Source: Asterionella formosa (taxonomy: Eukaryota). Taken from it: DNA of 49,369 nt. The DNA lies in assembly GCA_002256025.1 (NCBI GenBank), contig NKIB01013960.1:1-49369 (forward strand). The letters are read 5' to 3'. A model generated the notes under the pieces. It searched no databases. It had not been told where the DNA came from and saw only the letters and a list, made by a program, of their open reading frames with translations. The position numbers and the translations under genes are program-made. Below, piece by piece: positions 11,147-23,589 of the stretch (position 1 is its first letter; every line of letters begins with the position of its first letter).

Positions 11147-13282
11147 TTATAGTCGAATTAGAATATTAAACCTACGAATTAATAATACGAGTAAGTTTTT
11201 GATAATTTCTTCAACATCTTTATTTTGTAAAGTTTGTTTATTAGATTGAAAAGTTAATTCCAAACATAAACTAACTTCATTTTCTGGAATTGATATACCT
11301 TGATAGTGATCTAACAATAGAACATTAGTTAACCATATTGTTCCATTTCTAATTAACAGGTTTCTAATTTCTATATATGGAACTTTACAATCAACAATAA
11401 AGGATATATTTTTAACAATTTTTGGGTATGAAACATATGGAGTGAATTTACGTACGTGATTATTTTTAAAAGAGTTTTTTAAGACACCAAAGTTTAGTTC
11501 AAATAAATATAAATCAGGCGAAATATTTAATTTTTTGGCTAAAATTGGATGAATTTGACCAAAAACACCTATTTTTCTTCCACCATAAATAGATATTTCA
11601 CAAGCCTTAGTTGGATGTAAAATATTTTTATAAAATTCACCTGAATAAGGTTCCCAAACAGTTAAACATCTAAACTGTCTCAAAATCCTCTCAATTTTCC
11701 ATTTTGCTTGAGCCCACTCTAATTGCTTAGAATCTTCTGACCAATCAGTTTTTATTTTATTGCCACCAAAAACACCACTAATATATTCCTGTTCTTGAAG
11801 TTTCGTACGACTGTTAAATAAATGTATATTTTTAGAGAAAACATGCCCATACTCAAAACCCTCAATATATGAATTACCTTGTTTTAAATTTTCTTGTACT
11901 GTTTTAATAATACCTGGTAACAAACTTGCTCTTAAATTAGAGTACTCAGTTACTAATGGGTTAATTAATTCAACTGGTCGATTTGAAATTATACTATCAT
12001 TATTTAAGGAATAATGAATTAGTTCGTTCAAACCGCTGTTTAGTAGGGATAATGTAAGTTTTTTTTTTGCACGATAACTAACATCTTCAATTCCAGCAAT
12101 TCTTGTGAAAGGAAGTTGAGTTAAAAACTTATTAAATCCATGAAGCCTTGCAATTTCTTCTATTAAATCAATAGGTCTACTAATATCATCAATCCGTGAA
12201 TTTGGTATTGTAACCTCCCAAATCAATTGATTGGGCTTAAATATATAGGCAAATCTTAATTGATCGAAATATTTTGAAATTAAAGCTGGACTAATGTACA
12301 CTAGTTCATTAAGACCTGAACTTTTAATTGGGCCTAAAATGTCATTTATTTTCCTGTACTCTAGAATAATAATATTTGATTCTTCTTCGAATATTTGTCC
12401 TTTGGTATGAATTTTGCATATTAAATTTGGATTTCTAACTTTTAACAATTTTATTAACTTATAGACTGAATTTAGTAATCCCATACTTTTAATTGATTTT
12501 TCATATCTAGATGATCGATTAGTTCGTAAACCTAATAAACGAGATTGTTGTCGAATAGAAGTTGCCTCAAAAATAGATGCTTCAATTAACAAAGAAGTAC
12601 TATTATCAGAATAAGCAAATTCTTTACTTGGTATAATACCTGCAATACTTAAATTTAAGTTATTTGCTTTAAGAGTTAAAATGGATTCATTGAGATTATA
12701 AATAGAATTATTATTTGCTATAAATTTTTCATTTGTTTTTGCTTTTATTAAACTTAAATTAAATTCTTTACTGTTTAATTTTAAACGAATTTTATTTAAA
12801 TCATACACTTCAAATGGGTATCCGCTTTCTAATAAGATATAATTTTGAAAGTCTAAAAAATTATTTACTGGCTCTACACCGGATTCAAATAATTTTTGTT
12901 TTAACCATTTTGGGCTATTTAAATCACTTAAATTTTCCAAAGTAAAAGCTAAAAAACTCAAATAGCTTTTTTTTAATTTATAATTAGAAATAACATCTCT
13001 AAATTGCTCATCCCAATTTAGAGTTTCATTTAAATATTTTGATTTTTTATAAGGTTTATTTAATAGAATAGCTATTTCTTTAGAAATTCCTTTTATAGAT
13101 AAACTATCAGATCTATTAGCGGTAGCTGATATATCTAATATTAGTATTTTTTCACCATTTAATTCAAGTTCAATAACCTTTTCAACTTCAAAACCACCAA
13201 GTGTTAATTTTTCAAGTAAATAATCTAAATTAACTTTTTTAATATTTACTAATTCGTTGACCCATTTTAATGATATTTGCAT
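11147..13282 (-). CDS. syfB: Phenylalanyl-tRNA synthetase beta subunit
   Basis: MQISLKWVNELV, TANRSD, IDLIEEIARLHG, C-terminal FDX-ACB-like segment. Confidence 0.95.
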   Translation of the reverse strand: MQISLKWVNELVNIKKVNLDYLLEKLTLGGFEVEKVIELELNGEKILILDISATANRSDSLSIKGISKEIAILLNKPYKKSKYLNETLNWDEQFRDVISNYKLKKSYLSFLAFTLENLSDLNSPKWLKQKLFESGVEPVNNFLDFQNYILLESGYPFEVYDLNKIRLKLNSKEFNLSLIKAKTNEKFIANNNSIYNLNESILTLKANNLNLSIAGIIPSKEFAYSDNSTSLLIEASIFEATSIRQQSRLLGLRTNRSSRYEKSIKSMGLLNSVYKLIKLLKVRNPNLICKIHTKGQIFEEESNIIILEYRKINDILGPIKSSGLNELVYISPALISKYFDQLRFAYIFKPNQLIWEVTIPNSRIDDISRPIDLIEEIARLHGFNKFLTQLPFTRIAGIEDVSYRAKKKLTLSLLNSGLNELIHYSLNNDSIISNRPVELINPLVTEYSNLRASLLPGIIKTVQENLKQGNSYIEGFEYGHVFSKNIHLFNSRTKLQEQEYISGVFGGNKIKTDWSEDSKQLEWAQAKWKIERILRQFRCLTVWEPYSGEFYKNILHPTKACEISIYGGRKIGVFGQIHPILAKKLNISPDLYLFELNFGVLKNSFKNNHVRKFTPYVSYPKIVKNISFIVDCKVPYIEIRNLLIRNGTIWLTNVLLLDHYQGISIPENEVSLCLELTFQSNKQTLQNKDVEEIIKNLLVLLIRRFNILIRL

Positions 13283-13308
13283 TGTAGCATTTATTTAAAT
13301 GTTTTTAA

Positions 13309-13656
13309 TTAATTTGCTTTTGTAAAAACAAGACCATTTGTCTGACCATATCTTTCCATAAATCTCATAAACCGATCCCAAGCCTCAGGATTTTTCATTA
13401 TATAAACTGATTCAATTGCTTCAGGTTTTCCATTAAGAAAACGAGCATTAACATCTCTTGTTTCTAAAATGCCTTCATCATCTATTAAATACATTCCGGT
13501 AATTTCACCGTCTTTTGCTGTACTTTTATCTAAGATATTTGGGTTTTTAAAGCGAAATGTTGCTGTTCCAGTACTCCCATCGCGCGACCGAGTTAATCTA
13601 ACATCAGGCAACACTTTTTCATCTAATCCTTTTATAAATTGAATTCTAGCTTCCAT
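13309..13656 (-). CDS. psb28: Photosystem II Psb28
   Basis: [20 protein letters not shown]...[11 protein letters not shown]. Confidence 0.97.
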   Translation of the reverse strand: MEARIQFIKGLDEKVLPDVRLTRSRDGSTGTATFRFKNPNILDKSTAKDGEITGMYLIDDEGILETRDVNARFLNGKPEAIESVYIMKNPEAWDRFMRFMERYGQTNGLVFTKAN

Positions 13657-13715
13657 ACTTTATTTTCCCAAGATCAAAAATTTTAAATAATTACATTGTA
13701 CTTCAATTGGATTAG

Positions 13716-13797
13716 ATATGTAAATATTTAATTTATAGTTTATAATTTATAAATTATACTTTATAAACTATAATTTATAAATTAAATATTTACGTAT
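13716..13797. repeat. Nested AT-rich inverted repeats
   Basis: Outer 22-bp arms (1 mismatch) enclosing tatagtttataa/ttataaactata and the palindrome tataatttataaattata. Confidence 0.8.
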
Positions 13798-13801
13798 TGA
13801 A

Positions 13802-13873
13802 CTGGGGTGGCAGGATTCGAACCTACGAATGGCGGAGTCAAAGTCCACAGCCTTACCACTTGGCGACACCCCA
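13802..13873 (-). tRNA. trnQ: tRNA-Gln(UUG)
   Basis: TGGGGTG/CACCCCA acceptor, anticodon TTG. Confidence 0.96.
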
Positions 13874-13932
13874 AATCTTCATATAAATCTATAATATCCA
13901 CATGAAGTACTAATAATTAAAGTTTTTAATAT

Positions 13933-14006
13933 TGGGCAAGAAGGGATTCGAACCCCTGACACCGTAGTTCGTAGCCACGTGCTCTAGTCCACTGAGCTAC
14001 AAGCCC
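13933..14006 (-). tRNA. trnR: tRNA-Arg(ACG)
   Basis: GGGCTTGTAGCTCAG..., anticodon ACG. Confidence 0.96.
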
Positions 14007-14180
14007 AAATATATTACTAGCAACTGCAATACAATATAGTAAATTTTGTAAACTTTAGTAAAGCGTTTAAAAAAAAATATTTTTTAAAATTGCTTTTTAA
14101 ACTTGCAAAAATTTTAGAGAATACTCTAAAGTATTAGTTTGAATCTATTTTTAAATAAAAATTTTAGACAAAACTAAATC

Positions 14181-15779
14181 ATGGCAAAAAAAATTTTGTA
14201 TCAAGATAGTGCACGTCGGGCTCTTGAACGAGGGATGGAAATAATGGTAGAAGCAGTTTCAGTTACATTAGGTCCAAAAGGACGAAATGTAGTACTTGAA
14301 AAATCTTATGGATCACCTCAAATTGTTAATGATGGCGTAACGATTGCTAAAGAAATTAAATTAGAGGATCACATTGAAAATACAGGTGTTTCTTTAATTC
14401 GTCAAGCTGCAGCAAAAACAAATGATGTTGCTGGTGATGGTACCACTACAGCTACTGTATTAGCCTATGCAATGGTAAAAGAGGGTTTAAAAAACGTTGC
14501 AGCAGGTGCAAATCCAATTTCAATAAAATTAGGTATGGAAAAAGCAACCCAATATTTAGTTATGCAAATTAATGAGTTTGCTCAACCAGTAGAAGATATT
14601 CAATCAATCCAACAAGTTGCTTCTATTTCAGCAGGAAATGATGAAATAATTGGATTATTAATTGCAGATGCACTATCAAAGGTTGGAAAAGAGGGTGTTA
14701 TTTCTTTAGAAGAAGGAAAAGGTATTACAACTGAACTAGAAATTACTGAAGGTATGAAACTTGAAAAAGGTTTCATTTCACCTTACTTTATTACTAATAC
14801 TGAAAAAATGGAGGTATCATATGATAATCCATACATTTTATTAACAGATAAAAGAATAACATTAGTTCAACAAGATTTATTGCCAATTTTAGAACAAATT
14901 ACAAAAACTAAGCGTCCACTTCTTATAATTGCAGAAGATGTAGAAAAAGAAGCTTTAGCCACATTAATTTTAAATAAATTACGTGGAATTATTAATGTAG
15001 TTGCAATTAGAGCACCAGGCTTTGGTGAATTACGTAAATTAATGTTAGAAGATATTGGAATTCTAACAGGTGGTACTGTTATTACTCAAGATGCTGGTTT
15101 AAGTCTTGATAATATTCAAGTTAACTTATTAGGTCAAGCACGGCGAATTATTGTTAATAAAGATAGCACGACTATTGTTTCCGATGGTTCAACAATAGAA
15201 GAACTTAAAATTCGTTGTGAACAATTAAGAAAACAAGTAAATTTATCTGAAACTAGTTACGAGAAAGAAAAATTACAAGATAGAATTGCTAAACTATCTG
15301 GCGGAATTGCCGTTATTCGAGTTGGAGCTGTAACTGAAACAGAAATGAAAGATAAAAAACTACGACTTGAAGATGCAATAAATGCAACAAGAGCAGCTGT
15401 GGAAGAAGGTATTGTACCAGGTGGTGGCACAACACTAGCCCATTTATCTGAAAATCTTGTTACTTGGGCTAAGAATAATCTAAAAGAAGATGAGTTAATC
15501 GGAGCAATTATAATATCAAGAGCAATTTTAGCTCCTCTACGCAGAATTGCTGAAAACGGTGGAATCAATGGTGCAGTGATTATTGAAAAAGTGCAAGAAC
15601 AAGAATTTGAAATTGGATATAATGCAGCCAAAAATATTTTTGGAAACATGTATGAAGAAGGTATAGTTGATCCAGCAAAAGTAACTCGTTCAGGATTACA
15701 AAATGCTACTTCTATTGCCAGTATGATTTTAACAACTGAATGTATTATTGTGGATGAATCAAAAGTTATTGCTAAATAA
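14181..15779 (+). CDS. groEL: Chaperonin GroEL
   Basis: [26 protein letters not shown]-like motif. Confidence 0.98.
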   Translation: MAKKILYQDSARRALERGMEIMVEAVSVTLGPKGRNVVLEKSYGSPQIVNDGVTIAKEIKLEDHIENTGVSLIRQAAAKTNDVAGDGTTTATVLAYAMVKEGLKNVAAGANPISIKLGMEKATQYLVMQINEFAQPVEDIQSIQQVASISAGNDEIIGLLIADALSKVGKEGVISLEEGKGITTELEITEGMKLEKGFISPYFITNTEKMEVSYDNPYILLTDKRITLVQQDLLPILEQITKTKRPLLIIAEDVEKEALATLILNKLRGIINVVAIRAPGFGELRKLMLEDIGILTGGTVITQDAGLSLDNIQVNLLGQARRIIVNKDSTTIVSDGSTIEELKIRCEQLRKQVNLSETSYEKEKLQDRIAKLSGGIAVIRVGAVTETEMKDKKLRLEDAINATRAAVEEGIVPGGGTTLAHLSENLVTWAKNNLKEDELIGAIIISRAILAPLRRIAENGGINGAVIIEKVQEQEFEIGYNAAKNIFGNMYEEGIVDPAKVTRSGLQNATSIASMILTTECIIVDESKVIAK

Positions 15780-15887
15780 CAATAACTTTTAATAATATTA
15801 ATTTTTCATTTAACAAAATAGTTTTAATTAGAAAATATTAAGACTATTTTGGGTTTTTTATTTTAATAACATTTTAAAAAATGTTAT

Positions 15888-17744
15888 TTATAAATCATTT
15901 AAATCTGAAAAAAGAGTTTCATCAGGATTAGTAGAATTATTAATAATTGGTTTTGCTGCTTCTACCATATCCTTCATACCTACTTTTAGTTTTTCAATAG
16001 CTAATCCTAGAACTTCTATATTGTCTTGTTGAATTGAAGCTCTAACATTTTCAATTAACTCAGCAACTTTTTTTTTATTATCTTCTGTTATATTATTTGT
16101 AAAAAGTCCAAGTTCTCGTTCAGCTTCGAAACATAAAGTTTCACCTTGATTTTTTAAATCAATTCCTTTTCGTTTTTCTTGGTCAATAGAAGCGTACTTT
16201 TCAGCTTCAGCTAGCATATTTTCAACTTCTTTTTCGTTTAGATTTGAAGCACCCTGAATAGTTACTGATTGTTCTACTCCTGTTTCCTTTTCTTTAGCCT
16301 TAACAGATAATAAACCATCAACATCAATATCAAATGTAACTTCAATTTGAGGAATACCTCTATCAGCAGCTGGTATCCCATCTAATTTGAAGTTACCTAA
16401 ACTTTTATTTCCAGCTACTAGTTCTCTTTCACCCTGTAGAATATGAATCTCTACATTTGTTTGATTATCAACAGCTGTTGAGAACATTTCTGATTTTTTT
16501 ACTGGAATAGTAGTATTACGTGAAATGATTTTTGTCATAACTCCACCTAATGTTTCAACTCCTAAAGATAACGGAGTAACATCTAATAATAGAATATCTT
16601 TAATTTCACCTGCTAAAATACCTGCTTGAATTGCTGCCCCAATTGCTACAACTTCATCTGGATTTACAGATTGATTAGGTTTTTTATTTGTTAAGGATTC
16701 TACTAAATTTTGAATAGCAGGAATTCTTGTTGATCCACCAACTAATACTACTTCATTAATTTCTGCTTTATCAAGTCTTGCATCATTTAAAGCTTTTTCA
16801 ACTGGAATACGACAACGGTTAATTAAATCTTTACATAAATTTTCAAAAAGTTCTCTCGTTAACTCTTTTTCAATATGCTTTGGACCTGTTTTATCAGCTG
16901 TTATAAATGGTAAATGAATCGTTGTTTTTTCTAAGGTTGATAGTTCCATTTTTGCCTTTTCAGCAGCTTCTGTTAATCGTTGTAAAGCCTGAATATCTGT
17001 AGATAAATTAATATTTTCTTTATTTTCAAAATCTTTTATTAACCAGTTAACTAAAACTTTATCAAAATCATCCCCACCCAAACTTGTGTCACCTGCTGTT
17101 GCCAAAACTTCAAAAATCCCATCCCCAACTTCTAAAATTGAAACATCAAATGTTCCACCACCTAAATCAAAAACTAAAATAGTTTCGTTTTGTTTTTTAT
17201 CTAGTCCATACGCTAAAGAAGCTGCTGTTGGTTCATTAATAATACGTAAAACTTCAATTCCTGCAATTTTTCCCGCATCCATTGTAGCTTGACGTTGAGA
17301 ATCATTAAAATAAGCAGGAACAGTAATAACTGCTTGTGTTACATCTTGTCCTAAATATGTTGTTGCATCTGCAATTAATTTTCGTAATACTTGTGCTGAG
17401 ATTTCTTCTGGACTAAATTCTTTGTTTAAAGATGAGCACTTAATTTTAATATTACCATTTAAATCTGTACCAACTTTATATGGTAATTGTTTTGAATCAT
17501 TAGAGATCTCGGATTGTTTAGATCCAATAAATCTTTTAACAGAAAAGAATGTATTCTCTGGATTAATTACAGCTTGTCGTTTTGCAATCTGTCCAACTAA
17601 TAACTCTTGTTTTTTTGTGTATGCAACAATTGATGGAGTTGTTCTTAATCCCTCTGCATTCGTAATTACCGTAGGTTGTCCCCCTTCAATAGCGGCAACA
17701 ACAGAGTTTGTTGTACCTAAATCTATGCCTACAACTTTTGACAT
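15888..17744 (-). CDS. dnaK: Hsp70 chaperone DnaK
   Basis: [14 protein letters not shown]; start placed at ATG 17744 with AGGAG SD upstream. Confidence 0.98.
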   Translation of the reverse strand: MSKVVGIDLGTTNSVVAAIEGGQPTVITNAEGLRTTPSIVAYTKKQELLVGQIAKRQAVINPENTFFSVKRFIGSKQSEISNDSKQLPYKVGTDLNGNIKIKCSSLNKEFSPEEISAQVLRKLIADATTYLGQDVTQAVITVPAYFNDSQRQATMDAGKIAGIEVLRIINEPTAASLAYGLDKKQNETILVFDLGGGTFDVSILEVGDGIFEVLATAGDTSLGGDDFDKVLVNWLIKDFENKENINLSTDIQALQRLTEAAEKAKMELSTLEKTTIHLPFITADKTGPKHIEKELTRELFENLCKDLINRCRIPVEKALNDARLDKAEINEVVLVGGSTRIPAIQNLVESLTNKKPNQSVNPDEVVAIGAAIQAGILAGEIKDILLLDVTPLSLGVETLGGVMTKIISRNTTIPVKKSEMFSTAVDNQTNVEIHILQGERELVAGNKSLGNFKLDGIPAADRGIPQIEVTFDIDVDGLLSVKAKEKETGVEQSVTIQGASNLNEKEVENMLAEAEKYASIDQEKRKGIDLKNQGETLCFEAERELGLFTNNITEDNKKKVAELIENVRASIQQDNIEVLGLAIEKLKVGMKDMVEAAKPIINNSTNPDETLFSDLNDL

Positions 17745-17992
17745 CTTTTTTCTCCTTTTATAATTACCTTTTAGCAACAATTATAATTTTATTAATTATT
17801 GTTATTATAATTCTTATTTACATCTGCCATAACAATTTTATAAAATTGTTAATATACCATATATAGACAAACTTTAAGGTACTTTACTACTCTTTAAGGA
17901 TCTATAACTTAATTTTTATTATCTTATAAATTAAATTATGTAATTTTGAAGAAAGTTAATAAATATATAAATATCATACTTGGAGGAATATT

Positions 17993-18619
17993 GTGGCTAT
18001 AGGTTTATTAGGTAATAAAATTGGGATGACACAAATTTTTGATGAATCAGGAAATATAATTCCAGTAACAATTTTAAAAGTTGGACCTTGTATAATTACA
18101 CAAGTTAAAACAATTTTAAAAGATGGTTACAATTCTATTCAAATTGGTTACGGAAGTGTTTCAAGTAAGTTATTAACACAACCTGAATTAGGGCATTTAC
18201 AAAAATCAAATATTCAACCTTTAAAATATTTAAAGGAATTTAGAATAACTGAAAATGACCATGAATTTCAAGTAGGCCAAACTGTAAAAGTCGATGCCTT
18301 TTCATCTGGACAACTTGTAAATATTGGAGGGAAAAGTATTGGTAAAGGATTCTCAGGTTTACAAAAACGACATAACTTTGCACGTGGTCCAATGAGTCAT
18401 GGTTCCAAAAATCATAGAGCTCCAGGTTCAATTGGTATGGGTACAACTCCTGGTCGAGTGTTACCAGGAAAAAAAATGGCAGGCCAATTAGGAAATAAAA
18501 TTACAACAGTTAAAAAACTTAAGGTTATTCAAGCGAATGCAGAAGAAAATATTCTTGTTGTAAAAGGATCTGTACCAGGAAAACCTGGTAACTTATTAAG
18601 TATTATACCTTCTGAATAA
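17993..18619 (+). CDS. rpl3: 50S ribosomal protein L3 (GTG start)
   Basis: [25 protein letters not shown]. Confidence 0.98.
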   Translation: MAIGLLGNKIGMTQIFDESGNIIPVTILKVGPCIITQVKTILKDGYNSIQIGYGSVSSKLLTQPELGHLQKSNIQPLKYLKEFRITENDHEFQVGQTVKVDAFSSGQLVNIGGKSIGKGFSGLQKRHNFARGPMSHGSKNHRAPGSIGMGTTPGRVLPGKKMAGQLGNKITTVKKLKVIQANAEENILVVKGSVPGKPGNLLSIIPSE

Positions 18620-18663
18620 GTTAACGAAAATTATTAAAACATTGAATATATTAAAATCAAGGT

Positions 18664-19311
18664 ATGACAGTTCAAAAATTACTAACATATACCCCTTTAG
18701 ATATAACAGGTCAAAAATTAAGCTCTACACATCAATTAAATTTGAATGTTTTAGAAAATTCCGGTAATTATTTAATTCAAAAAGATATAATAAGACATTA
18801 TGCTTCTCAACGTCAGGGAACCGTTTCAACAAAAACAAGAAGTGAAGTTCGCGGTGGGGGACGTAAACCTTGGAAACAAAAAGGAACTGGACGTGCACGT
18901 GCGGGTTCTAATCGCTCACCTTTATGGAAAGGTGGTGGGGTTATTTTTGGGCCAAAACCAAAAAAACTTATATTTAAATTAAATAAAAAAGAACGTAGAT
19001 TAGCTCTTCAAACATTGCTCTATAATAAAAAGAATAGTGTTTTAGTTATTGATAATTTAGAAAATGAGGTAAATCTTCCAAAAACAAAAATTTTTATAAA
19101 AATTTGTCAAGATTGTGGTATCAATTTAGATCAAAAATTATTAATTATAGTTTCAGAAAAAACAAAACTTTTAAAATTATCTACGCAAAACATTAAGAAT
19201 GTTGAACTAATCTCTGCGTCAAGTTTAAACACTTTAAGTTTAATGAAAGCTAAACAAATTATATTAACACCATTAGCAGTAAATGATATAAAGGAGATTT
19301 TTTGTGACTAA
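18664..19311 (+). CDS. rpl4: 50S ribosomal protein L4
   Basis: [27 protein letters not shown]. Confidence 0.98.
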   Translation: MTVQKLLTYTPLDITGQKLSSTHQLNLNVLENSGNYLIQKDIIRHYASQRQGTVSTKTRSEVRGGGRKPWKQKGTGRARAGSNRSPLWKGGGVIFGPKPKKLIFKLNKKERRLALQTLLYNKKNSVLVIDNLENEVNLPKTKIFIKICQDCGINLDQKLLIIVSEKTKLLKLSTQNIKNVELISASSLNTLSLMKAKQIILTPLAVNDIKEIFCD

Positions 19312-19612
19312 TTCTTTAAATTTTTATCGTAGTAATGCTCAAATTATCAAATATCCTATTATTACTGATAAAGCTACAAGACTTTTAGAAACTAATCAAT
19401 ATAGTTTTATAGTAGATCCTTATTCTGATAAAATTACAATTAAAGCTGCAATTGAATACTTATTTAATGTAAAAGTAGTAAAAATAAATACTTGTAATCT
19501 TCCCCGCAAAAAAAAACGTGTAGGTAAATATATTGGTTGGAAACCACAATATAAAAAAGCTATTGTAACTTTATCTGAAGGTGATGTAATAAACTTATTT
19601 ACAGATAATTAA
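19304..19612 (+). CDS. rpl23: 50S ribosomal protein L23 (GTG start, 8-nt overlap with rpl4)
   Basis: [10 protein letters not shown]...[16 protein letters not shown]. Confidence 0.96.
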   Translation: MTNSLNFYRSNAQIIKYPIITDKATRLLETNQYSFIVDPYSDKITIKAAIEYLFNVKVVKINTCNLPRKKKRVGKYIGWKPQYKKAIVTLSEGDVINLFTDN

Positions 19613-19635
19613 ATAACAAAAAAATAATCAAGTTT

Positions 19636-20463
19636 ATGAGTATTCGTCTTTATAATTCATATACACCCGGTACAAGAAATCGAGCTCTTTCCGATTTTAG
19701 CGAAATTACAAAAGCTAAACCGGAAAAAAGTTTAATCAAAAAAAATCATAGAAATAAAGGCCGTAACAATAGGGGTGTTATTACTATTCGTCACAGAGGT
19801 GGTGGTCATAAAAGAAGCTATCGACTTATTGATTTTAAACGTGATAAATATGGTATTCAAGGCAAAGTAGCTTCGATTGAGTATGATCCAAATCGAAATG
19901 CAAGAATTGCATTAATCTATTATATAGATGGAGAAAAACGTTATATTTTACATCCCAAAAATATAAGTATAGGTGATACAATTATTTCTGGTTCTGGTTC
20001 TCCATTTACTATTGGTAATACATTACCATTAGAAGAAATCCCTTTAGGGACATCAATTCACAATATTGAATTAATTCCAAATAAAGGTGGCCAAATTGTC
20101 CGTGCAGGTGGTACATCAGCAAAAATTTTAGCAAAGGAAGGTAATTATATTACATTACGTTTACCATCTAAAGAAATTCGTTTAATTCGAAAAGAATGTT
20201 TTGCAACAATAGGAGAAGTTGGTAATAATGATGTCTTCTTAGTACAAAGCGGTAAAGCTGGCAGAACTCGTTGGTTAGGAAAACGTCCTACAGTTCGTGG
20301 TTCAGTAATGAATCCATGTGATCATCCACATGGTGGTGGTGAAGGAAGAACACCTATTGGTCGTACAAGGCCATTAACTCCATGGGGTAAACCTGCACTA
20401 GGAATGAAAACACGGAAAAATAAAAAATTAAGCGATGCCTATATTCTTCGTCGACGTTCTTAA
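19636..20463 (+). CDS. rpl2: 50S ribosomal protein L2
   Basis: [30 protein letters not shown]. Confidence 0.98.
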   Translation: MSIRLYNSYTPGTRNRALSDFSEITKAKPEKSLIKKNHRNKGRNNRGVITIRHRGGGHKRSYRLIDFKRDKYGIQGKVASIEYDPNRNARIALIYYIDGEKRYILHPKNISIGDTIISGSGSPFTIGNTLPLEEIPLGTSIHNIELIPNKGGQIVRAGGTSAKILAKEGNYITLRLPSKEIRLIRKECFATIGEVGNNDVFLVQSGKAGRTRWLGKRPTVRGSVMNPCDHPHGGGEGRTPIGRTRPLTPWGKPALGMKTRKNKKLSDAYILRRRS

Positions 20464-20506
20464 TTGATTTTTTAAATTATCATTAATTAATAAAAAAATT
20501 TGCAAC

Positions 20507-20785
20507 ATGTCACGATCGTTAAAAAAAAGCCCTTTTGTGGCACATCATTTATTAAAAAAAATTAGTCAACAAAATAAAGAAGGTAAAAAAGAGACTATTA
20601 TGACTTGGTCTCGGGCATCTACTATTTTACCAAGTATGATTGGTTATACGATTGCTGTCTATAACGGGAAACAACATATTCCTGTTTTTATTTCAGATCA
20701 ATTTGTGGGACATAAATTAGGCGAATTCGTTTCAACAAGAACTTTTAAATCACATATTAAAGCTGATAAAAAATCAAAACGTTAA
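20507..20785 (+). CDS. rps19: 30S ribosomal protein S19
   Basis: [25 protein letters not shown]. Confidence 0.98.
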   Translation: MSRSLKKSPFVAHHLLKKISQQNKEGKKETIMTWSRASTILPSMIGYTIAVYNGKQHIPVFISDQFVGHKLGEFVSTRTFKSHIKADKKSKR

Positions 20786-21390
20786 TGATATCAGATTTTG
20801 AATTATTGCGAGATTCCGAAATACGGGAATTAGATTCTCTATTATTTGATGATAGTGATTCTAAACTAAATTCTCAATCCCGTTTTGACAATATTAGAAA
20901 TTGTTACTTTATTAATAATTCTTATTTTTGGCTAAGATGTCGATGTAATGAAGATATTGTTTTATTAAAAGATCCAAAAAGTGATAATAGAAGTAGAGGA
21001 AAAGCATTTATTTATCCCAAAGAAAGATCTTATAAAACATTTGAAATTAAATATAGTAATAAACTATCTACAAAAGCGAAATTTATTTTAAGTAGTTTTA
21101 ATAATAAATATATTTATTATGCAATAGACGATCTTTTGTATTTGTTAAAATCAAACCCAACTGAAAAAGAAAATTTACTAACAGTTTTATATTCGTCTAT
21201 TTTAGCATTACATAATAATTTGGAAATTAATTTTTTTGATATTTGGATTGATAATATCTATATTAATGAAATTGGCAAAAATAATAGATTTTTTAAAGTC
21301 GAAGAGCAATCTCAAACTTTAACACACATTACATTAACGTTATTTTATAGAACTAGATCACCTTTTAAAAAACCAGAAGCACAATGGTAA
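20785..21390 (+). CDS. ycf88: Ycf88, diatom hypothetical protein (putative uL22-like fold)
   Basis: Characteristic position between rps19 and rpl22; TAATG stop/start overlap with rps19. Confidence 0.85.
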   Translation: MISDFELLRDSEIRELDSLLFDDSDSKLNSQSRFDNIRNCYFINNSYFWLRCRCNEDIVLLKDPKSDNRSRGKAFIYPKERSYKTFEIKYSNKLSTKAKFILSSFNNKYIYYAIDDLLYLLKSNPTEKENLLTVLYSSILALHNNLEINFFDIWIDNIYINEIGKNNRFFKVEEQSQTLTHITLTLFYRTRSPFKKPEAQW

Positions 21391-21516
21391 CCTTTATATT
21401 CAAAAAAAAGGTTTCTGGAGTTTTTTAAAGTTTTATTAATTAACAAAGTCAAAATTAAATATTAAAAAATTTTAACTTAACTATTAATTTTATTAAATAA
21501 AAGTAATACACAGTTT

Positions 21517-21864
21517 ATGTCGAGCATTCAATCAGTTAAAGCAATAGCCAAATATATTCGTATATCTCCCCATAAAATAAGAAGAGTTTTAGATCAAATT
21601 AGAGGGCGATCATATCAAGAAGCCTTAATGATTTTAGAATTCTTACCTTATGATGCTGGTGGGCCTATTTGGCAAGTAGTACATTCAGCAGCAGCAAATG
21701 CAAAACATAATTACGGCCTTGATAAAAAAAAATTGATAATTGCTGAAGTATTTGCTGATGAAGGACCAAAATTAAAACGAATTAGACCAAGAGCCCAAGG
21801 ACGAGCTTACAAAATTTTAAAACCAACATGTCACATAACAGTTGTTTTAAAACCAATAATTTAA
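21517..21864 (+). CDS. rpl22: 50S ribosomal protein L22
   Basis: [24 protein letters not shown]. Confidence 0.98.
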   Translation: MSSIQSVKAIAKYIRISPHKIRRVLDQIRGRSYQEALMILEFLPYDAGGPIWQVVHSAAANAKHNYGLDKKKLIIAEVFADEGPKLKRIRPRAQGRAYKILKPTCHITVVLKPII

Positions 21865-21905
21865 AAACTAGATCATTAAAAATTTAATTTAAAAGGATTA
21901 ATTCT

Positions 21906-22550
21906 ATGGGTCAAAAAACACATCCTTTAGGATTCCGATTAGGAATTACACAAGAACATAAATCAACTTGGTATTCAAGTTTTAATCAGTATGCCAATAT
22001 TTTAAAAGAAGATGATCAAATCCGGACCTATTTAAACTCTATTGCTAAAACAAATAGTATTTCAAATGTCCATATTAAGAGGAATGGGTTAAATGATCAA
22101 ATTCAGTTAAATGTTGAAACTGGTAAACCTGGTATACTTATCGGAGAACTTGGAAAGGGACTTGAAAACTTGTTATCTAACATTAAAAAAATTTTACCAT
22201 CTGATCGTCAATTAACAATTAATGTATTTGAAGTAGAACGAGTTGATTTAAATGCTTCCCTTTTAGGTGACTTAGTAGTTGAACAATTAGAAAAACGAGT
22301 AGCGTTTCGTCGTGCCATTCGTGAAGCTTTACAACGGGCTCAAAAACAAAATGTAAATGGAATCAAAATCCAAGTTTCTGGTCGTTTAAATGGTGCAGAA
22401 ATGGCTCGAAGTGAATGGGTTAGAGAAGGTCGAGTACCATTGCAAACATTACGGGCCGATATAGATTATGCAACAAAAGAAGCTAATACTATTTACGGTA
22501 TCTTGGGAATTAAAGTTTGGTTATTTAAAAGTGAAATTTTAATAAAATAA
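21906..22550 (+). CDS. rps3: 30S ribosomal protein S3
   Basis: [26 protein letters not shown]. Confidence 0.98.
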   Translation: MGQKTHPLGFRLGITQEHKSTWYSSFNQYANILKEDDQIRTYLNSIAKTNSISNVHIKRNGLNDQIQLNVETGKPGILIGELGKGLENLLSNIKKILPSDRQLTINVFEVERVDLNASLLGDLVVEQLEKRVAFRRAIREALQRAQKQNVNGIKIQVSGRLNGAEMARSEWVREGRVPLQTLRADIDYATKEANTIYGILGIKVWLFKSEILIK

Positions 22551-22605
22551 TAAGTTTTGAAATTTTCAAAAATTTTATATTAAATATAATACAAGTTTAT
22601 TAATT

Positions 22606-23022
22606 ATGTTAAGCCCAAAAAGAACGAAATATAGAAAATATCATCGTGGACGTATGCGTGGAAAAGCTACAAGAGGAAATGAAATTTGTTTTGGTGAGTT
22701 TGCTTTACAAGCATTAGAACCTACGTGGATAACATCACGTCAAATTGAAGCATCACGTCGAACAATTACTCGTTATACAAAACGGGGTGCAAAATTATGG
22801 ATTAGAATGTTCCCAGATAAAACAGTTACAGCTCGAGCTGCTGAATCAAGAATGGGATCTGGTAAAGGGGCTGTCGATTATTGGGTAGCTGTAATTAAAC
22901 CTGGAACCATTATGTTTGAAATTAGTCAAGTTCCTGAAGAAGTTGCTCGTGCGGCTTTAAGTTTGGCTTCTTATAAATTACCATTAAAAACAAAATTTAT
23001 TATTAAAGAAACGATTGAATAA
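22606..23022 (+). CDS. rpl16: 50S ribosomal protein L16
   Basis: [18 protein letters not shown]. Confidence 0.98.
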   Translation: MLSPKRTKYRKYHRGRMRGKATRGNEICFGEFALQALEPTWITSRQIEASRRTITRYTKRGAKLWIRMFPDKTVTARAAESRMGSGKGAVDYWVAVIKPGTIMFEISQVPEEVARAALSLASYKLPLKTKFIIKETIE

Positions 23023-23025
23023 AGT

Positions 23026-23271
23026 ATGAGTATAAGTAAATTTACTGATATTATTACACTATCAAATAAAGAAATCGCTGAAAAAATTATTAAAACTGAA
23101 AATCAACTCTTCAATTTACGTTTTAAAAAAGCAACCCGTCAAGTTTTTAAATCACATGAAATCAAAAATTCAAAACGACTATTAGCTCAATTAAAAACTC
23201 TTTTAACATTACGTTTAAAAAAACCGGAAGGTAATGAGAAAGATATTCTTGATAAATTAATAGAAAACTAA
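23026..23271 (+). CDS. rpl29: 50S ribosomal protein L29
   Basis: LFNLRFKKAT...LAQLKTLL; operon position. Confidence 0.93.
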   Translation: MSISKFTDIITLSNKEIAEKIIKTENQLFNLRFKKATRQVFKSHEIKNSKRLLAQLKTLLTLRLKKPEGNEKDILDKLIEN

Positions 23272-23320
23272 AATTAATAAAAAAAAACAGATTAATAAAA
23301 AAACATTTAAGGAGTTTTAA

Positions 23321-23575
23321 ATGCCAGTAAAAGAGAGAATTGGTATTGTAGTTAGTAATAAGATGCAAAAAACAATTGTTGTAAAAATTGAAAATAAATA
23401 CCCACATTCAATCTATTCAAAAATTCTAGTGAAAACTAAAAAGTATTTAGCTCATGATGAATTGAGTGAATGTAATATTGGTGATCAAGTATTAGTTGAA
23501 GAATGTCGTCCTTTAAGCAAGAGAAAACGTTGGAAATTAGTTAAGATACTTTCAAAATCATCTTTTTTAATTTAA
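23321..23575 (+). CDS. rps17: 30S ribosomal protein S17
   Basis: [25 protein letters not shown]. Confidence 0.97.
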   Translation: MPVKERIGIVVSNKMQKTIVVKIENKYPHSIYSKILVKTKKYLAHDELSECNIGDQVLVEECRPLSKRKRWKLVKILSKSSFLI

Positions 23576-23589
23576 TTAAGTTATATTTT

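Noticed and set aside
17745..17780. Upstream in-frame TTG start extending DnaK to 630 aa
   Set aside because: The conserved N-terminus [12 protein letters not shown] starts at ATG 17744 with an SD; the extension covers the SD itself
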